A stretch of DNA of 64,000 nucleotides, taken from IMG/VR virus record IMGVR_UViG_3300032288_003288, one strand, 5' to 3'. The notes beneath the pieces were generated by a model. The model saw nothing but the letters and a program-made list of their open reading frames with translations. It searched no databases and had not been told where the DNA came from. The stretch is from a virus. Below, piece by piece: positions 29,359-37,420 of this stretch; position 1 is the first letter of the stretch; each line of letters opens with the position of its first letter. The translations under genes and the position numbers were made by a program.

Positions 29359-32297
29359 TGGCAAAAGAACCAGTTACGATAGGCAATCAGAAGTTTATAT
29401 ACGACGAGAAGCGTGGAGGATGGATAGACTCCAAGTCTAAACAACCTGCAGATAAAGGTTTGCTGGCTATCTTAAACTCTGTTTCGAAAGAAACAAATGT
29501 CAAACCGAAAAGACTGAACATAGATCCTGCTGTAGCTCCTGTGTCAATGGGAACTACTAAGTTTGTCTATGATAAAAACTTGGGTTGGATAGACGAGAAG
29601 TCCAAAGTCCCAGCAGATCCTAAGTTCGCTTCTATGTTAGACGCGGCTGTCGGTGTGAAGAAGAAAGCCGTAACCGAAATCAAAAAAGACGTAGCCGAAA
29701 AAGCTATCAGCGGCGTAGGCTCTATAGTAAAGCCAAAAGATAGCGCAGCTTATAAAAAGATCTCTGATAGATTAGGAGATGGGCTGGCTTCTATTCAACG
29801 CATAAACGGTCACACCGAAAACTTAATATCGGCTAATCGATTTAAATACAAAGAAGAATCCAGAATCTCTAGAGAAAAGGCTCGAGAAGGCGGAAGTTCT
29901 GGAGCCACACAGACAGATGGTACGGCCGCGCAGTCTATGTCAGTCATGGCTGTCCTCGTCTCTTCTGTTACAGACAGCATGAATGAGTTTGTCGCTGTGC
30001 TCAAAGACACCAAACAAAGGGGTGGTTTCGGCGGAGGTGGTCTAGGAGGCGTAGTCAATGACGTCGTCGAAGGCGGATCTTCTATGTTTACTAACATAGT
30101 CGGTGGAGCCATAGCTGCTGTAGGCGTCGTCGGTACTGGATTAGCAATAGGCAAAAAAGCCACTGAGGATGACGAACGTCCTGGTGTAGCGCCTATCGAA
30201 TCTCCTGCGGCAACGCGAGTAGATAATCAACAAGCTCAGACTCCTGAAGAAGGTCAAGGAGAAGAGGAAGAGCCTGCTTCGACGACTTCTAGCGGAGGCG
30301 CTGCGGTTCCTGTTGCTGCAGCTTCTAAAGCTGCAGCCGGAATACCTACTAGAGAAGAGAGTGAATCTGGAGGAGATCGTGGTGGAGGCTCCAAGAACAT
30401 TAAGGTTCAGGTGCAAACTCCTGAAGAGCGCGGTAAACTAGAAGAGCCTCAACGCAAATCTAAGACGTCGTTTAAAGTAGCTCCCAAAAAAGAAGAGAAG
30501 AAAGAGGCTACTTCGAAGCCCCCATCTGGACAATCAGCTCGAAGAGTATCTACTGGGACTCCTCCAGGTGGAGCGAAGGGACCTGCGCAAGCTACATCGT
30601 CTAGAAAAGAGCCTGCAGCTCCTAAAGTTTCTTGGGCAAAAGCATTCGCCGACATCGGTAAAGCTTTAACGGATATCAAAAAATCTATAGCAAGTGCTAT
30701 TAGAAGCGGAGCTGGTGCTATTCAAAGGGCTGGTTCTGCAGTATCAGAAGCAGTGTCTGGTGCTGTGACTGCAGTCACTGAGACTGCTGCAGGTATGGGT
30801 GAAACTGTCAATGCTCCGACTTCTGGTAACGCCGCTCTTATATTTCAGACTGCCAAGCGTAAGGGATATGACGACAGAATGGCCGTGGCGTTTGTTTCCG
30901 TGGCACAAAAAGAGTCTGGTCTAAATCCCGCTCGAGGCGAAGTCATGAACTATACGTCTCAGCAGAGACTGGTTCAGGTTTTCGGTAATCGCGTTCAACC
31001 AAACCCATCGGCATATCTCAGAAATCCTCAAGCTCTTGCAAACAAGGTATATGGACCTGGAGACAGAGTCGGCAGGAGCTTAGGAAATACCGGTCCAAAC
31101 GATGGATGGACGTATAGAGGTCGTGGATTCAACCAGCTAACTGGTAAAGCTAACTACGCCGACATCACTTCTAAGCTCGCACGAACCGGATCTAATATCA
31201 ATCTGGTCAGAAATCCAGATGCATTGGCAGATCCAAGAACAGCTGTGGAAGCCTTCTTTGCTTTTTATGAAACAAATCGTGTTCTCAGAGGTAGAAAGAC
31301 CGCAAGAAGTCAATCAGAAGCGAACAGATTAGTCACTGATGCCACCGGCGGGCGTGAAGGATTTAGTAACACGAGATTCGGTCAAGAAAACTTAGCAAAA
31401 GTTGAAGGCTTTTCACGAAACTATACGAGCGCTGGCACTCTATCACAATTAGCTACAGGAGCGACAGAAGGAGCTGCAGCTGTAGGCAGCGCAGTAGTTT
31501 CTACAGGTCAACGTATAGGTGGAGCTATTACTGCAGCTGGTAGAGGCGTTAGAGGTATGGCATACGAGGCCTCTAGAGCTGCCATCTCTGCCATGGGCAT
31601 TCGAGGAACGAACGGTAACCTCGAGACTAGTCAGTTGGCTCCTATCGGCGTAGGATCTCTCAAAGCTGCACCTCCAGCTGCTCAGGCCATAAGAGCTCTA
31701 CGTACGGCAGCTGAGCGAGATGGCGTTAGGATCGGTGTAACAGATGCCTATAGAAACTATGCTACTCAGGTAGATCTAAAGAGACGTAAAGGTAGAATGG
31801 CAGCCACACCAGGCAGATCTAATCACGGTTGGGGTTTGGCATTTGACCTTAGTGACAATGGAAGTGGTCTTCGCGAAGGCAGTAGAGCTGCCAATTGGCT
31901 GCGTCAGAATGCTCCGCGCTTCGGCATCTTTGGTCCACTCGCAAGTCCATATGAATTGTGGCACTGGGAATATCGAGGAGGAGGAACTGGCAATTCCAAT
32001 ACTCCTACCACTCCACCTCCACAAGAAAGGAGCGCGCCAGCTGGTCAACCACCGAGAGGAAATGTACCAGCTCCTAGATCTGATAGACCAGCCGCGGATC
32101 AAGCTATTCAGCAGGTAGCCATTCAGCAGGCAGCGGATCGCAGAAGAAGAAACGCCGCAGTAAATGGAGGAAATACTCAGACGAGAGGCGGTAATACCCG
32201 AGCGGGTGGAAATACTACCAATCGTGGAGGCACTGGGGGAGGAAACAGGCGACCGGTAGAATCTTCAGGTGGTCTGTGGAAATCATTGTTCGGATAA
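29358..32297 (+). CDS. Tape-measure-like tail protein with a GH19/lysozyme-like domain and an M15/VanY-type peptidase
   Basis: KESGL..GNTGPNDGWTYRGRGFNQLTGKANY (GH19-like); DAYRNYATQ..AATPGRSNHGWGLAFDL..ELWHWEY (VanY/M15). Confidence 0.8.
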   Translation: MAKEPVTIGNQKFIYDEKRGGWIDSKSKQPADKGLLAILNSVSKETNVKPKRLNIDPAVAPVSMGTTKFVYDKNLGWIDEKSKVPADPKFASMLDAAVGVKKKAVTEIKKDVAEKAISGVGSIVKPKDSAAYKKISDRLGDGLASIQRINGHTENLISANRFKYKEESRISREKAREGGSSGATQTDGTAAQSMSVMAVLVSSVTDSMNEFVAVLKDTKQRGGFGGGGLGGVVNDVVEGGSSMFTNIVGGAIAAVGVVGTGLAIGKKATEDDERPGVAPIESPAATRVDNQQAQTPEEGQGEEEEPASTTSSGGAAVPVAAASKAAAGIPTREESESGGDRGGGSKNIKVQVQTPEERGKLEEPQRKSKTSFKVAPKKEEKKEATSKPPSGQSARRVSTGTPPGGAKGPAQATSSRKEPAAPKVSWAKAFADIGKALTDIKKSIASAIRSGAGAIQRAGSAVSEAVSGAVTAVTETAAGMGETVNAPTSGNAALIFQTAKRKGYDDRMAVAFVSVAQKESGLNPARGEVMNYTSQQRLVQVFGNRVQPNPSAYLRNPQALANKVYGPGDRVGRSLGNTGPNDGWTYRGRGFNQLTGKANYADITSKLARTGSNINLVRNPDALADPRTAVEAFFAFYETNRVLRGRKTARSQSEANRLVTDATGGREGFSNTRFGQENLAKVEGFSRNYTSAGTLSQLATGATEGAAAVGSAVVSTGQRIGGAITAAGRGVRGMAYEASRAAISAMGIRGTNGNLETSQLAPIGVGSLKAAPPAAQAIRALRTAAERDGVRIGVTDAYRNYATQVDLKRRKGRMAATPGRSNHGWGLAFDLSDNGSGLREGSRAANWLRQNAPRFGIFGPLASPYELWHWEYRGGGTGNSNTPTTPPPQERSAPAGQPPRGNVPAPRSDRPAADQAIQQVAIQQAADRRRRNAAVNGGNTQTRGGNTRAGGNTTNRGGTGGGNRRPVESSGGLWKSLFG

Positions 32298-32299
32298 AA

Positions 32300-32325
32300 A
32301 AAGAGGGAGCCGAAGCTCCCTCTTT
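32300..32325. terminator. Bidirectional rho-independent terminator
   Basis: AAAGAGGGAGC-CGAA-GCTCCCTCTTT perfect hairpin between convergent genes. Confidence 0.9.
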
Positions 32326-32328
32326 CTC

Positions 32329-33237
32329 TTAGTCATCCTGCAACTTCTTGAAGAAGTCGTCTAGATCCTCATCTTCATCAGAGGAACCTGCCAGTGCAGG
32401 AGCGGCCGCTTCCTTCAGCTGAGGCGCAGGAGCTTCAGTGTGCCAAGGAACATCGTCCTCATCGACCGTAGCACGAGCAGCTGCAGTGGTAGCAGTGCCA
32501 GTCAGACCGAGAACACGATTAAGCTTGGCTTCCAGCTCAGCGAACGACTTGAAGTTAGAACGATCGAGGAAGGGCTGCAGCTTGTGCTCGCTCTTGTAGA
32601 TCGCTTCCAGCTCGTCGTCACCAGCCAGCGGACGTTCGGCATCGAACTCAGACTTGTCGTAGTTGCGATAGCCTTCTACCTGGCGAATCTTCAGCTTGAA
32701 GTTGGCGCCGTTCCAAAGATCAAACGGATTGATCGGAGCGTCGTCAGGAAACTGAGGATTCATGAGGTCATTGATCTTGTCGAAGATCTTCTTGCCATAC
32801 TTGTACAAGAAAACCTTGCCTTCGTTTTCCGGGTTTGCCGGATCAGAGACGACATAGATGTTCGAGATGTAGGTCAGACGACGCTTCTGCTTGCGAGCCT
32901 GTTCCTTGTCCTTGTCGTTGCCTGAATTCCAGAGCTTGGAATTGTACTCGCCGACAGGATCCTTCTCACCGATGGTGGTCAGTGAGTTCTCAATGTACCA
33001 ACCGGCGGGGCCCTGGAATCCATGATCCCAGATACGAATGAACGGCAGATCTTCACCGTCAGGAGCAGGAAGAAAGCGAATGACAGCGTAGCCGTTGCCA
33101 GCCTTGTCTACGCTAGGCTTCCAAAAACGATCGTCGTCGTTGCTGTTGCTCTGAGTGGTGGTATTCAGCTTGCTAAGGGCTTGATTAAGCTTATCGAAGC
33201 TGTTCGCCGACTGGCGCTTGAGGTCTGCAAATGACAT
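32329..33237 (-). CDS. gp32: Single-stranded DNA-binding protein gp32
   Basis: DDRFWKP..DKAGNGYAVIRFLP, WYIENSLTT, GANFKLKI and NYDKSEF motifs; acidic tail. Confidence 0.97.
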   Translation of the reverse strand: MSFADLKRQSANSFDKLNQALSKLNTTTQSNSNDDDRFWKPSVDKAGNGYAVIRFLPAPDGEDLPFIRIWDHGFQGPAGWYIENSLTTIGEKDPVGEYNSKLWNSGNDKDKEQARKQKRRLTYISNIYVVSDPANPENEGKVFLYKYGKKIFDKINDLMNPQFPDDAPINPFDLWNGANFKLKIRQVEGYRNYDKSEFDAERPLAGDDELEAIYKSEHKLQPFLDRSNFKSFAELEAKLNRVLGLTGTATTAAARATVDEDDVPWHTEAPAPQLKEAAAPALAGSSDEDEDLDDFFKKLQDD

Positions 33238-33305
33238 ATGTGTGTTTCCTTATATTGCGTTGTATTGCGAGTTATCCACTTTGACATAATGATATTCTAT
33301 ATATC

Positions 33306-33881
33306 TCACTCCACAAACTTGTTCTTCAATATTTCGCGACACTTGAATGCATCGTAGTTGAAGAAAGGCTTGTACTTGACGAGCTTGGTATATAGGTCTG
33401 GCCAAAGCACGTTGTCTTGTATGTGCTTGTTCCAGTGCGGGAAAAAACCGACAATATCGTTGAGGATAATGACGGTCTCTATAGACACCTCGCCTTGTCT
33501 ATAAAGCTTGAGCAGCAATGGATGCTGTCCATTGTCTACCTTAAAGTTATCGTTGAAGTTTGTACATAGTTTTTCTAAATCTTGCGTAAAGATATAGGTC
33601 AGAGACTGCTGTCTCTTCTGCCATGCAACGTAGTTGTCTTCAGCCTCATTCGTAAAGAGGTCTCCGATCCAAGTAACCTTTGAGGCTATTAGATTGGAGA
33701 CCAGATACTTTAAAGGATCTTTATGTTTGGAGAGCTTGTAATACTGATACTTGTCTTTACGAGTATCGAAAGACGCCGCGTTGGCGTTGACCTTGCCGTT
33801 GTACTTAAAGTAGTCGTAGGCAGGTTTCGTGAAATGCATCTTCAGAGCTTGAAAAAGCTGGTATGTTTCGAATGGTGACAC
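33306..33881 (-). CDS. gp59: Helicase loader gp59
   Basis: ALKMHFT..YDYFKYNGK, HPLLLK and KYKPF motifs; upstream of gp32. Confidence 0.9.
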   Translation of the reverse strand: MSPFETYQLFQALKMHFTKPAYDYFKYNGKVNANAASFDTRKDKYQYYKLSKHKDPLKYLVSNLIASKVTWIGDLFTNEAEDNYVAWQKRQQSLTYIFTQDLEKLCTNFNDNFKVDNGQHPLLLKLYRQGEVSIETVIILNDIVGFFPHWNKHIQDNVLWPDLYTKLVKYKPFFNYDAFKCREILKNKFVE

Positions 33882-33893
33882 GCTGTGCCTCCG

Positions 33894-34130
33894 TCATATA
33901 GGTAGTTTAGCTCGCTTAGGAAGGAAGTTAAGATCTTCTGCTTCGTTCCGCAGCCTCGCCTTGATCCGCTGGTTGTTGCGAATAAGTGAGGCTGCGGCTT
34001 CTATTTCCAATCCATTCTTTTCACAGTAATGAATGACAGCGTCGATATAGTCAATGTTATGATTAGCCACGATCTTATCGATCTCAATGCTAAACTTCTC
34101 TGTACTCATTACTTTTTCCAAATGATCCAT
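33894..34130 (-). CDS. gp33: Late transcription coactivator gp33
   Basis: YIDAVIHYCEKNGLEIE..EAEDLNFL..AKLPI motif. Confidence 0.9.
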   Translation of the reverse strand: MDHLEKVMSTEKFSIEIDKIVANHNIDYIDAVIHYCEKNGLEIEAAASLIRNNQRIKARLRNEAEDLNFLPKRAKLPI

Positions 34131-34132
34131 AA

Positions 34133-34690
34133 TTATCCTTGATAAAAGATGTGTGTGTCGATCTTGATTAGTCGCCTCATACGCCAGCCGGGATTGACAT
34201 AGTCGGCATGATAGAATTGAGCTCCACCTGTCACGTCACCGATGTTTCCAATATAGACCTGCTCGGCGATTTTCTTGGCTTCAGCGTAAGCATCGTGATC
34301 AGTCACACGCTTACCACGTTCGCAGACCCATGAAAATTGGCACACTCTACTTGTTCGTTGTGATATAACTGCACAAGGAGTCTTAGGAAAACGTGGATCA
34401 GACACTCTGTTCATGACCACGTTATTGACAGCGATCTTGCCGTCTCGCGATTCGTATGCTGCTTCGAAGTATGTGTTTTCTGCCATACACGCGATCTGTC
34501 TACGATCGGCAGCATTTAGATATACGGGCACTTTTTCTACGCGTTCAATGATTTGAACTTCTGTTTCTGGTATATTAGCATATGCTTTTGCTGCAACCGA
34601 AAGTGTCAGAGCTACAAAAATCGTAGTAACGACGCCTAAAAGCTTTTCTCTTGTAGTTAGATTATTTATTTTTTGAATTAGAGAAGTCAT
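34133..34690 (-). CDS. SleB/Hydrolase_2 cell-wall hydrolase with N-terminal hydrophobic segment (candidate endolysin)
   Basis: CMAENTYFEA, VVMNRV..FPKTPCAVI, CQFSW, FYHADYVNPGW and HIFY motifs. Confidence 0.88.
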   Translation of the reverse strand: MTSLIQKINNLTTREKLLGVVTTIFVALTLSVAAKAYANIPETEVQIIERVEKVPVYLNAADRRQIACMAENTYFEAAYESRDGKIAVNNVVMNRVSDPRFPKTPCAVISQRTSRVCQFSWVCERGKRVTDHDAYAEAKKIAEQVYIGNIGDVTGGAQFYHADYVNPGWRMRRLIKIDTHIFYQG

Positions 34691-34701
34691 TGTAACCTCT
34701 T

Positions 34702-34945
34702 AAGTCAATGACTTTGGCATGTAGAGACGACGATACGAGTGCATCGCAGCACTCCGTCAGTCAATACCGCTATAGAAGATACAAGACATCATGGTAAAGG
34801 TATCTTCCATCCATCCCTCTCTTACTAGGAATGCAAAATCATTATTGTTTTCGTCGGTGGATATAATCTCGATCATATCCGCTTTCTAGCCAACTTTGAC
34901 TTGAAGCTTTGTAAGAGTCAATGGAGTGGCAACACCCCCTATTGA
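34702..34945 (-). ncRNA. Putative structured leader RNA upstream of the hydrolase (contains a 39-aa uORF, 34876..34757)
   Basis: Long-range pairing of 34702-34725 with 34885-34902, internal hairpins (GGATAT...ATATCC; GAAGATAC...GTATCTTC), downstream of a promoter at 34951. Confidence 0.5.
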
Positions 34946-34950
34946 TAATT

Positions 34951-34981
34951 TATTTATACTATATGGGTGCTCAGAAGTACA
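34951..34981 (-). promoter_or_regulatory. Composite promoter: TGTACT-N17-TATAAA overlapping late TATAAATA
   Basis: TGTACT at 34981-34976, 17-nt spacer, TATAAATA at 34958-34951; 12-bp inverted repeat at 34960-34971/35001-35012. Confidence 0.7.
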
Positions 34982-35017
34982 TCCTTTTATGGCGACTCGT
35001 AGCACCCATATAACACC

Positions 35018-35434
35018 TCATAGATCTGCTTTACGAACTAAATCTTTGTATCCTCGCCATGACGGATGGATATTATCTGGCTGGACGTAAGAAGTAGAGA
35101 TGATGGTATCATTGTGTGCTGCAGCGATCTGTCTAACTGTGTTGTTGACGTTAGACTTACAGAAACCTCTGTTACAGGGAGGCATGATCCATACCACATT
35201 CACAGAACGAATTCGGTGACGAACCTTATTCAGTTCTCTGTAAGTGTTGATGTACCTGTGATCATTAGTACCTAGGCTGATCACGACCTTATTGGCTTCG
35301 AGCTTTACATTGCCCCAGCGTTTGTTCCACTGCCAAGTGTTGTAGCCGCCCTTAGAATAAGATACGCATTCTTTGGGAGCAAACATCTTGGTGCCGACGG
35401 CGATACTATCGCCAATAATCAAACATTCAAGCAT
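35018..35434 (-). CDS. SGNH/GDSL-like hydrolase
   Basis: IIGDSI, SLGTND and DNIHP blocks; start moved to ATG 35434, which has an AGGAG RBS. Confidence 0.8.
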   Translation of the reverse strand: MLECLIIGDSIAVGTKMFAPKECVSYSKGGYNTWQWNKRWGNVKLEANKVVISLGTNDHRYINTYRELNKVRHRIRSVNVVWIMPPCNRGFCKSNVNNTVRQIAAAHNDTIISTSYVQPDNIHPSWRGYKDLVRKADL

Positions 35435-35455
35435 ACTATTTACTCCTATGATATT

Positions 35456-35765
35456 GGGCCCGTTCTGTTCCAAGGTGGAGCCCATACCCGTGAGATCACG
35501 CCGCTAGGCGAGATTCAAGGACACCGTTATCGTTGGCATCTATACGTTGTGACCGCTCGGTCAGCGAATCAGTCTCGAATCTTCCTATTCCGTCCCAGTC
35601 GATCCTAGTTCACCCCCATCATAAGCGCTCAGTGTTGCTGAGAGGAGAATCCCGGTCCTCGGATGTGCAACCATCCTACATACCACTCCTGTTGCAACGC
35701 TTATGGTGGAGGTGGCGGGTACTGCCCCCGCGTCCTCGGAACCTTTATTGTTGATTGTCATCAAC
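35456..35765 (-). ncRNA. ssrA: Permuted two-piece tmRNA (alphaproteobacterial type), tag ANDNGVLESRLAA
   Basis: Acceptor piece ends GCGGGGGCAGTACCCGCCACCTCCACCA (CCA at 35706-35704). Coding piece starts GGGGGTG at 35617 and pairs with CACCTCC, giving G3:U70. Tag ORF at 35537-35496. Confidence 0.93.
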
Positions 35766-35774
35766 TGATAGATT

Positions 35775-35805
35775 TATTTATACCAAAATACTTCAAATAT
35801 GTAAA
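35775..35805 (-). promoter_or_regulatory. Composite sigma70-like/late promoter for the tmRNA
   Basis: TTTACA (35805-35800), 17 nt, then TATAAATA (35782-35775). Confidence 0.7.
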
Positions 35806-35808
35806 TGC

Positions 35809-36246
35809 TTAGTTGCACCAAGATTGCTTGGCATCACCAAAATATGGACGCGCATAGCCGTTGGAGATCAGCTGTTCGCGAAGGCTCTTGCCATCAAGAA
35901 CCACGTCGCCGAGTACACGACCACCAAACTTGTCCCAATCATACAGCACGTACTGTTTCTTGGCAGCTCGAGCAATCAGATCCTTAGTGAAGGCACTTGC
36001 TGCCTGACCTTTGGCATCTTCAGCTGAGCACTTGGCACGAAACCCCTTCTCAGGCGTGTCCACGCCGAATATGCGAATCGCAATCTCCTTCTTAAGAGGA
36101 GCTTGGATCCACAGTGCTTCTACGACGACAGTATCACCGTCTGTAGCTCGTAGAATGTTGGCATCATACGTGACGCCTGTAGGTGTTTTTTGCGCAAACG
36201 CTGGAGTCGCCAGCGCCAACAGCGCAAGAAATGCAAGTTTCTTCAT
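35809..36246 (-). CDS. Thermonuclease (SNase-like) with signal peptide
   Basis: DGDTV, IRIFGVDTPE, DKFGGRVLG and LISNGYA motifs; MKKLAFLALLALATPAFA signal. Confidence 0.9.
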   Translation of the reverse strand: MKKLAFLALLALATPAFAQKTPTGVTYDANILRATDGDTVVVEALWIQAPLKKEIAIRIFGVDTPEKGFRAKCSAEDAKGQAASAFTKDLIARAAKKQYVLYDWDKFGGRVLGDVVLDGKSLREQLISNGYARPYFGDAKQSWCN

Positions 36247-36265
36247 TATTGGTTTTTTCTCTCTA

Positions 36266-36655
36266 TTATTGGCAGGTGCGAGTGACGTAGATATTTCCCC
36301 AACGATCTACCTGCTGACTAGTTACGCAATAGTGGTCGTAATAGTTACGAGCGTCAGGGTTGTACTGATAGTTGTAGTAGGTAGGAATATCGCGCCGATT
36401 CTGAGGCGGATAGTTCGGTTCACGATCATAGTAACGATCGTCACGGCGGTCATTGTCAGATCCTGAGATCAAAGCACCGATGATGATGCCGCCGATCAGA
36501 GGAGCTACCCACTTACCTCCACCGCCATGACGATGGTGTTCAGAATGGCCTCCGCGATCGTGATGACGATCGCGCGCCAGGGCAGGCGAGGCGATCAGGG
36601 TACAGGCTACTGTAGCTGCAAGAATCTTCTTAATCATGTTTGCTTCCTTCTTCAT
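36266..36655 (-). CDS. Exported/membrane hypothetical protein (signal peptide, His/Arg-rich linker, hydrophobic helix)
   Basis: Signal ending SPALA; WVAPLIGGIIIGALIS helix; early promoter upstream. Confidence 0.7.
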   Translation of the reverse strand: MKKEANMIKKILAATVACTLIASPALARDRHHDRGGHSEHHRHGGGGKWVAPLIGGIIIGALISGSDNDRRDDRYYDREPNYPPQNRRDIPTYYNYQYNPDARNYYDHYCVTSQQVDRWGNIYVTRTCQ

Positions 36656-36664
36656 TATAGGCCT

Positions 36665-36693
36665 ATATTACTCTGTTTTTGATAATAAGTACA
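36665..36693 (-). promoter_or_regulatory. Phage early promoter TGTACT-N17-TAATAT
   Basis: Member of the repeated motif family also at 38404, 38766, 40105 and 44835. Confidence 0.75.
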
Positions 36694-36717
36694 TGCTTAT
36701 TTTTAGGCCCTAAGTCT

Positions 36718-36906
36718 TTAATATATAAAGCCATTTTCATCAAGAATCAATACAGATTGTTCAGACGGTGCGCCAATACATCTGGCCAGAGTCTGAGCTT
36801 CCTTCTCGGAGCGCGTATTAAAGCGCACGAAAAAGATACTCGGAAGGTCATTTTGATCAAAAGTAAGACAACTTACTGCATACTGTACAGGAGCACTATT
36901 TCCCAT
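36718..36906 (-). CDS. Hypothetical protein
   Basis: 62-aa ORF in gene-dense minus-strand context. Confidence 0.45.
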   Translation of the reverse strand: MGNSAPVQYAVSCLTFDQNDLPSIFFVRFNTRSEKEAQTLARCIGAPSEQSVLILDENGFIY

Positions 36907-36917
36907 ACATCTATTTA

Positions 36918-37208
36918 TTAGATTGTCAATCCCGTAGTCTGCTTAATGTAAGCGTCTGCCACAGGCTTATGAGTCTTGACGATGGCCAAGATCTGACTGC
37001 GCGGGATGGTGATCTTGGTGTCAGGATCTGCTGTGAGAACATACGGCATAAAGCCGAAGCCTTGCTGAGCCATCATAACTACCATAGGCTTGATAAGTTT
37101 AATCTCGTCAGGTCCAGCAGAGTCATCGAAGCGAGCTACAACCTCGTCTCCACCGACGAGCTTGATAGTGATGGTATCTCCGTTCTTGTAGGGAGTTTCA
37201 ATCAACAT
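36918..37208 (-). CDS. Sm-like fold hypothetical protein
   Basis: GDTITIKLVGGDEVVARF..LIKPM pattern; GGAG RBS. Confidence 0.65.
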   Translation of the reverse strand: MLIETPYKNGDTITIKLVGGDEVVARFDDSAGPDEIKLIKPMVVMMAQQGFGFMPYVLTADPDTKITIPRSQILAIVKTHKPVADAYIKQTTGLTI

Positions 37209-37228
37209 TCTTATTCTCCAAATTTATC

Positions 37229-37420
37229 TTAAAATCTCGTACACTTAATAACTAACTCTCTGACAACATCACAGAGCAGATCAAAGTCTTTGTTCGCATG
37301 CGCGATATGAACAGCTTCAAGAAAGTGTTCACGCTCCAAGACTTTGCTGGCTTCGATGGCGCCGCATTCATGCTCATCCATGTAGCGGCGCACATCTTCA
37401 TTAGTATAGTTACGCTGCAT
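37229..37420 (-). CDS. Hypothetical protein
   Basis: 63 aa; overlaps the stop of the upstream gene. Confidence 0.6.
   Translation of the reverse strand: MQRNYTNEDVRRYMDEHECGAIEASKVLEREHFLEAVHIAHANKDFDLLCDVVRELVIKCTRF

Noticed and set aside
34757-34860. Possible hammerhead ribozyme (CTGACGGA and CGAAA present)
   Set aside because: The core does not match CUGANGA with properly placed stems, so it is kept only as an unclassified structured leader.
35704-35735. tRNA-like 3' end with CCA
   Set aside because: It is the acceptor piece of the permuted tmRNA; there is no anticodon arm. I saw no canonical tRNA gene in the window.
35533-35754. 73-aa plus-strand ORF, and the N-terminal extension of 35018..35485
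   Set aside because: Both overlap the tmRNA; the SGNH gene has a better start at 35434.
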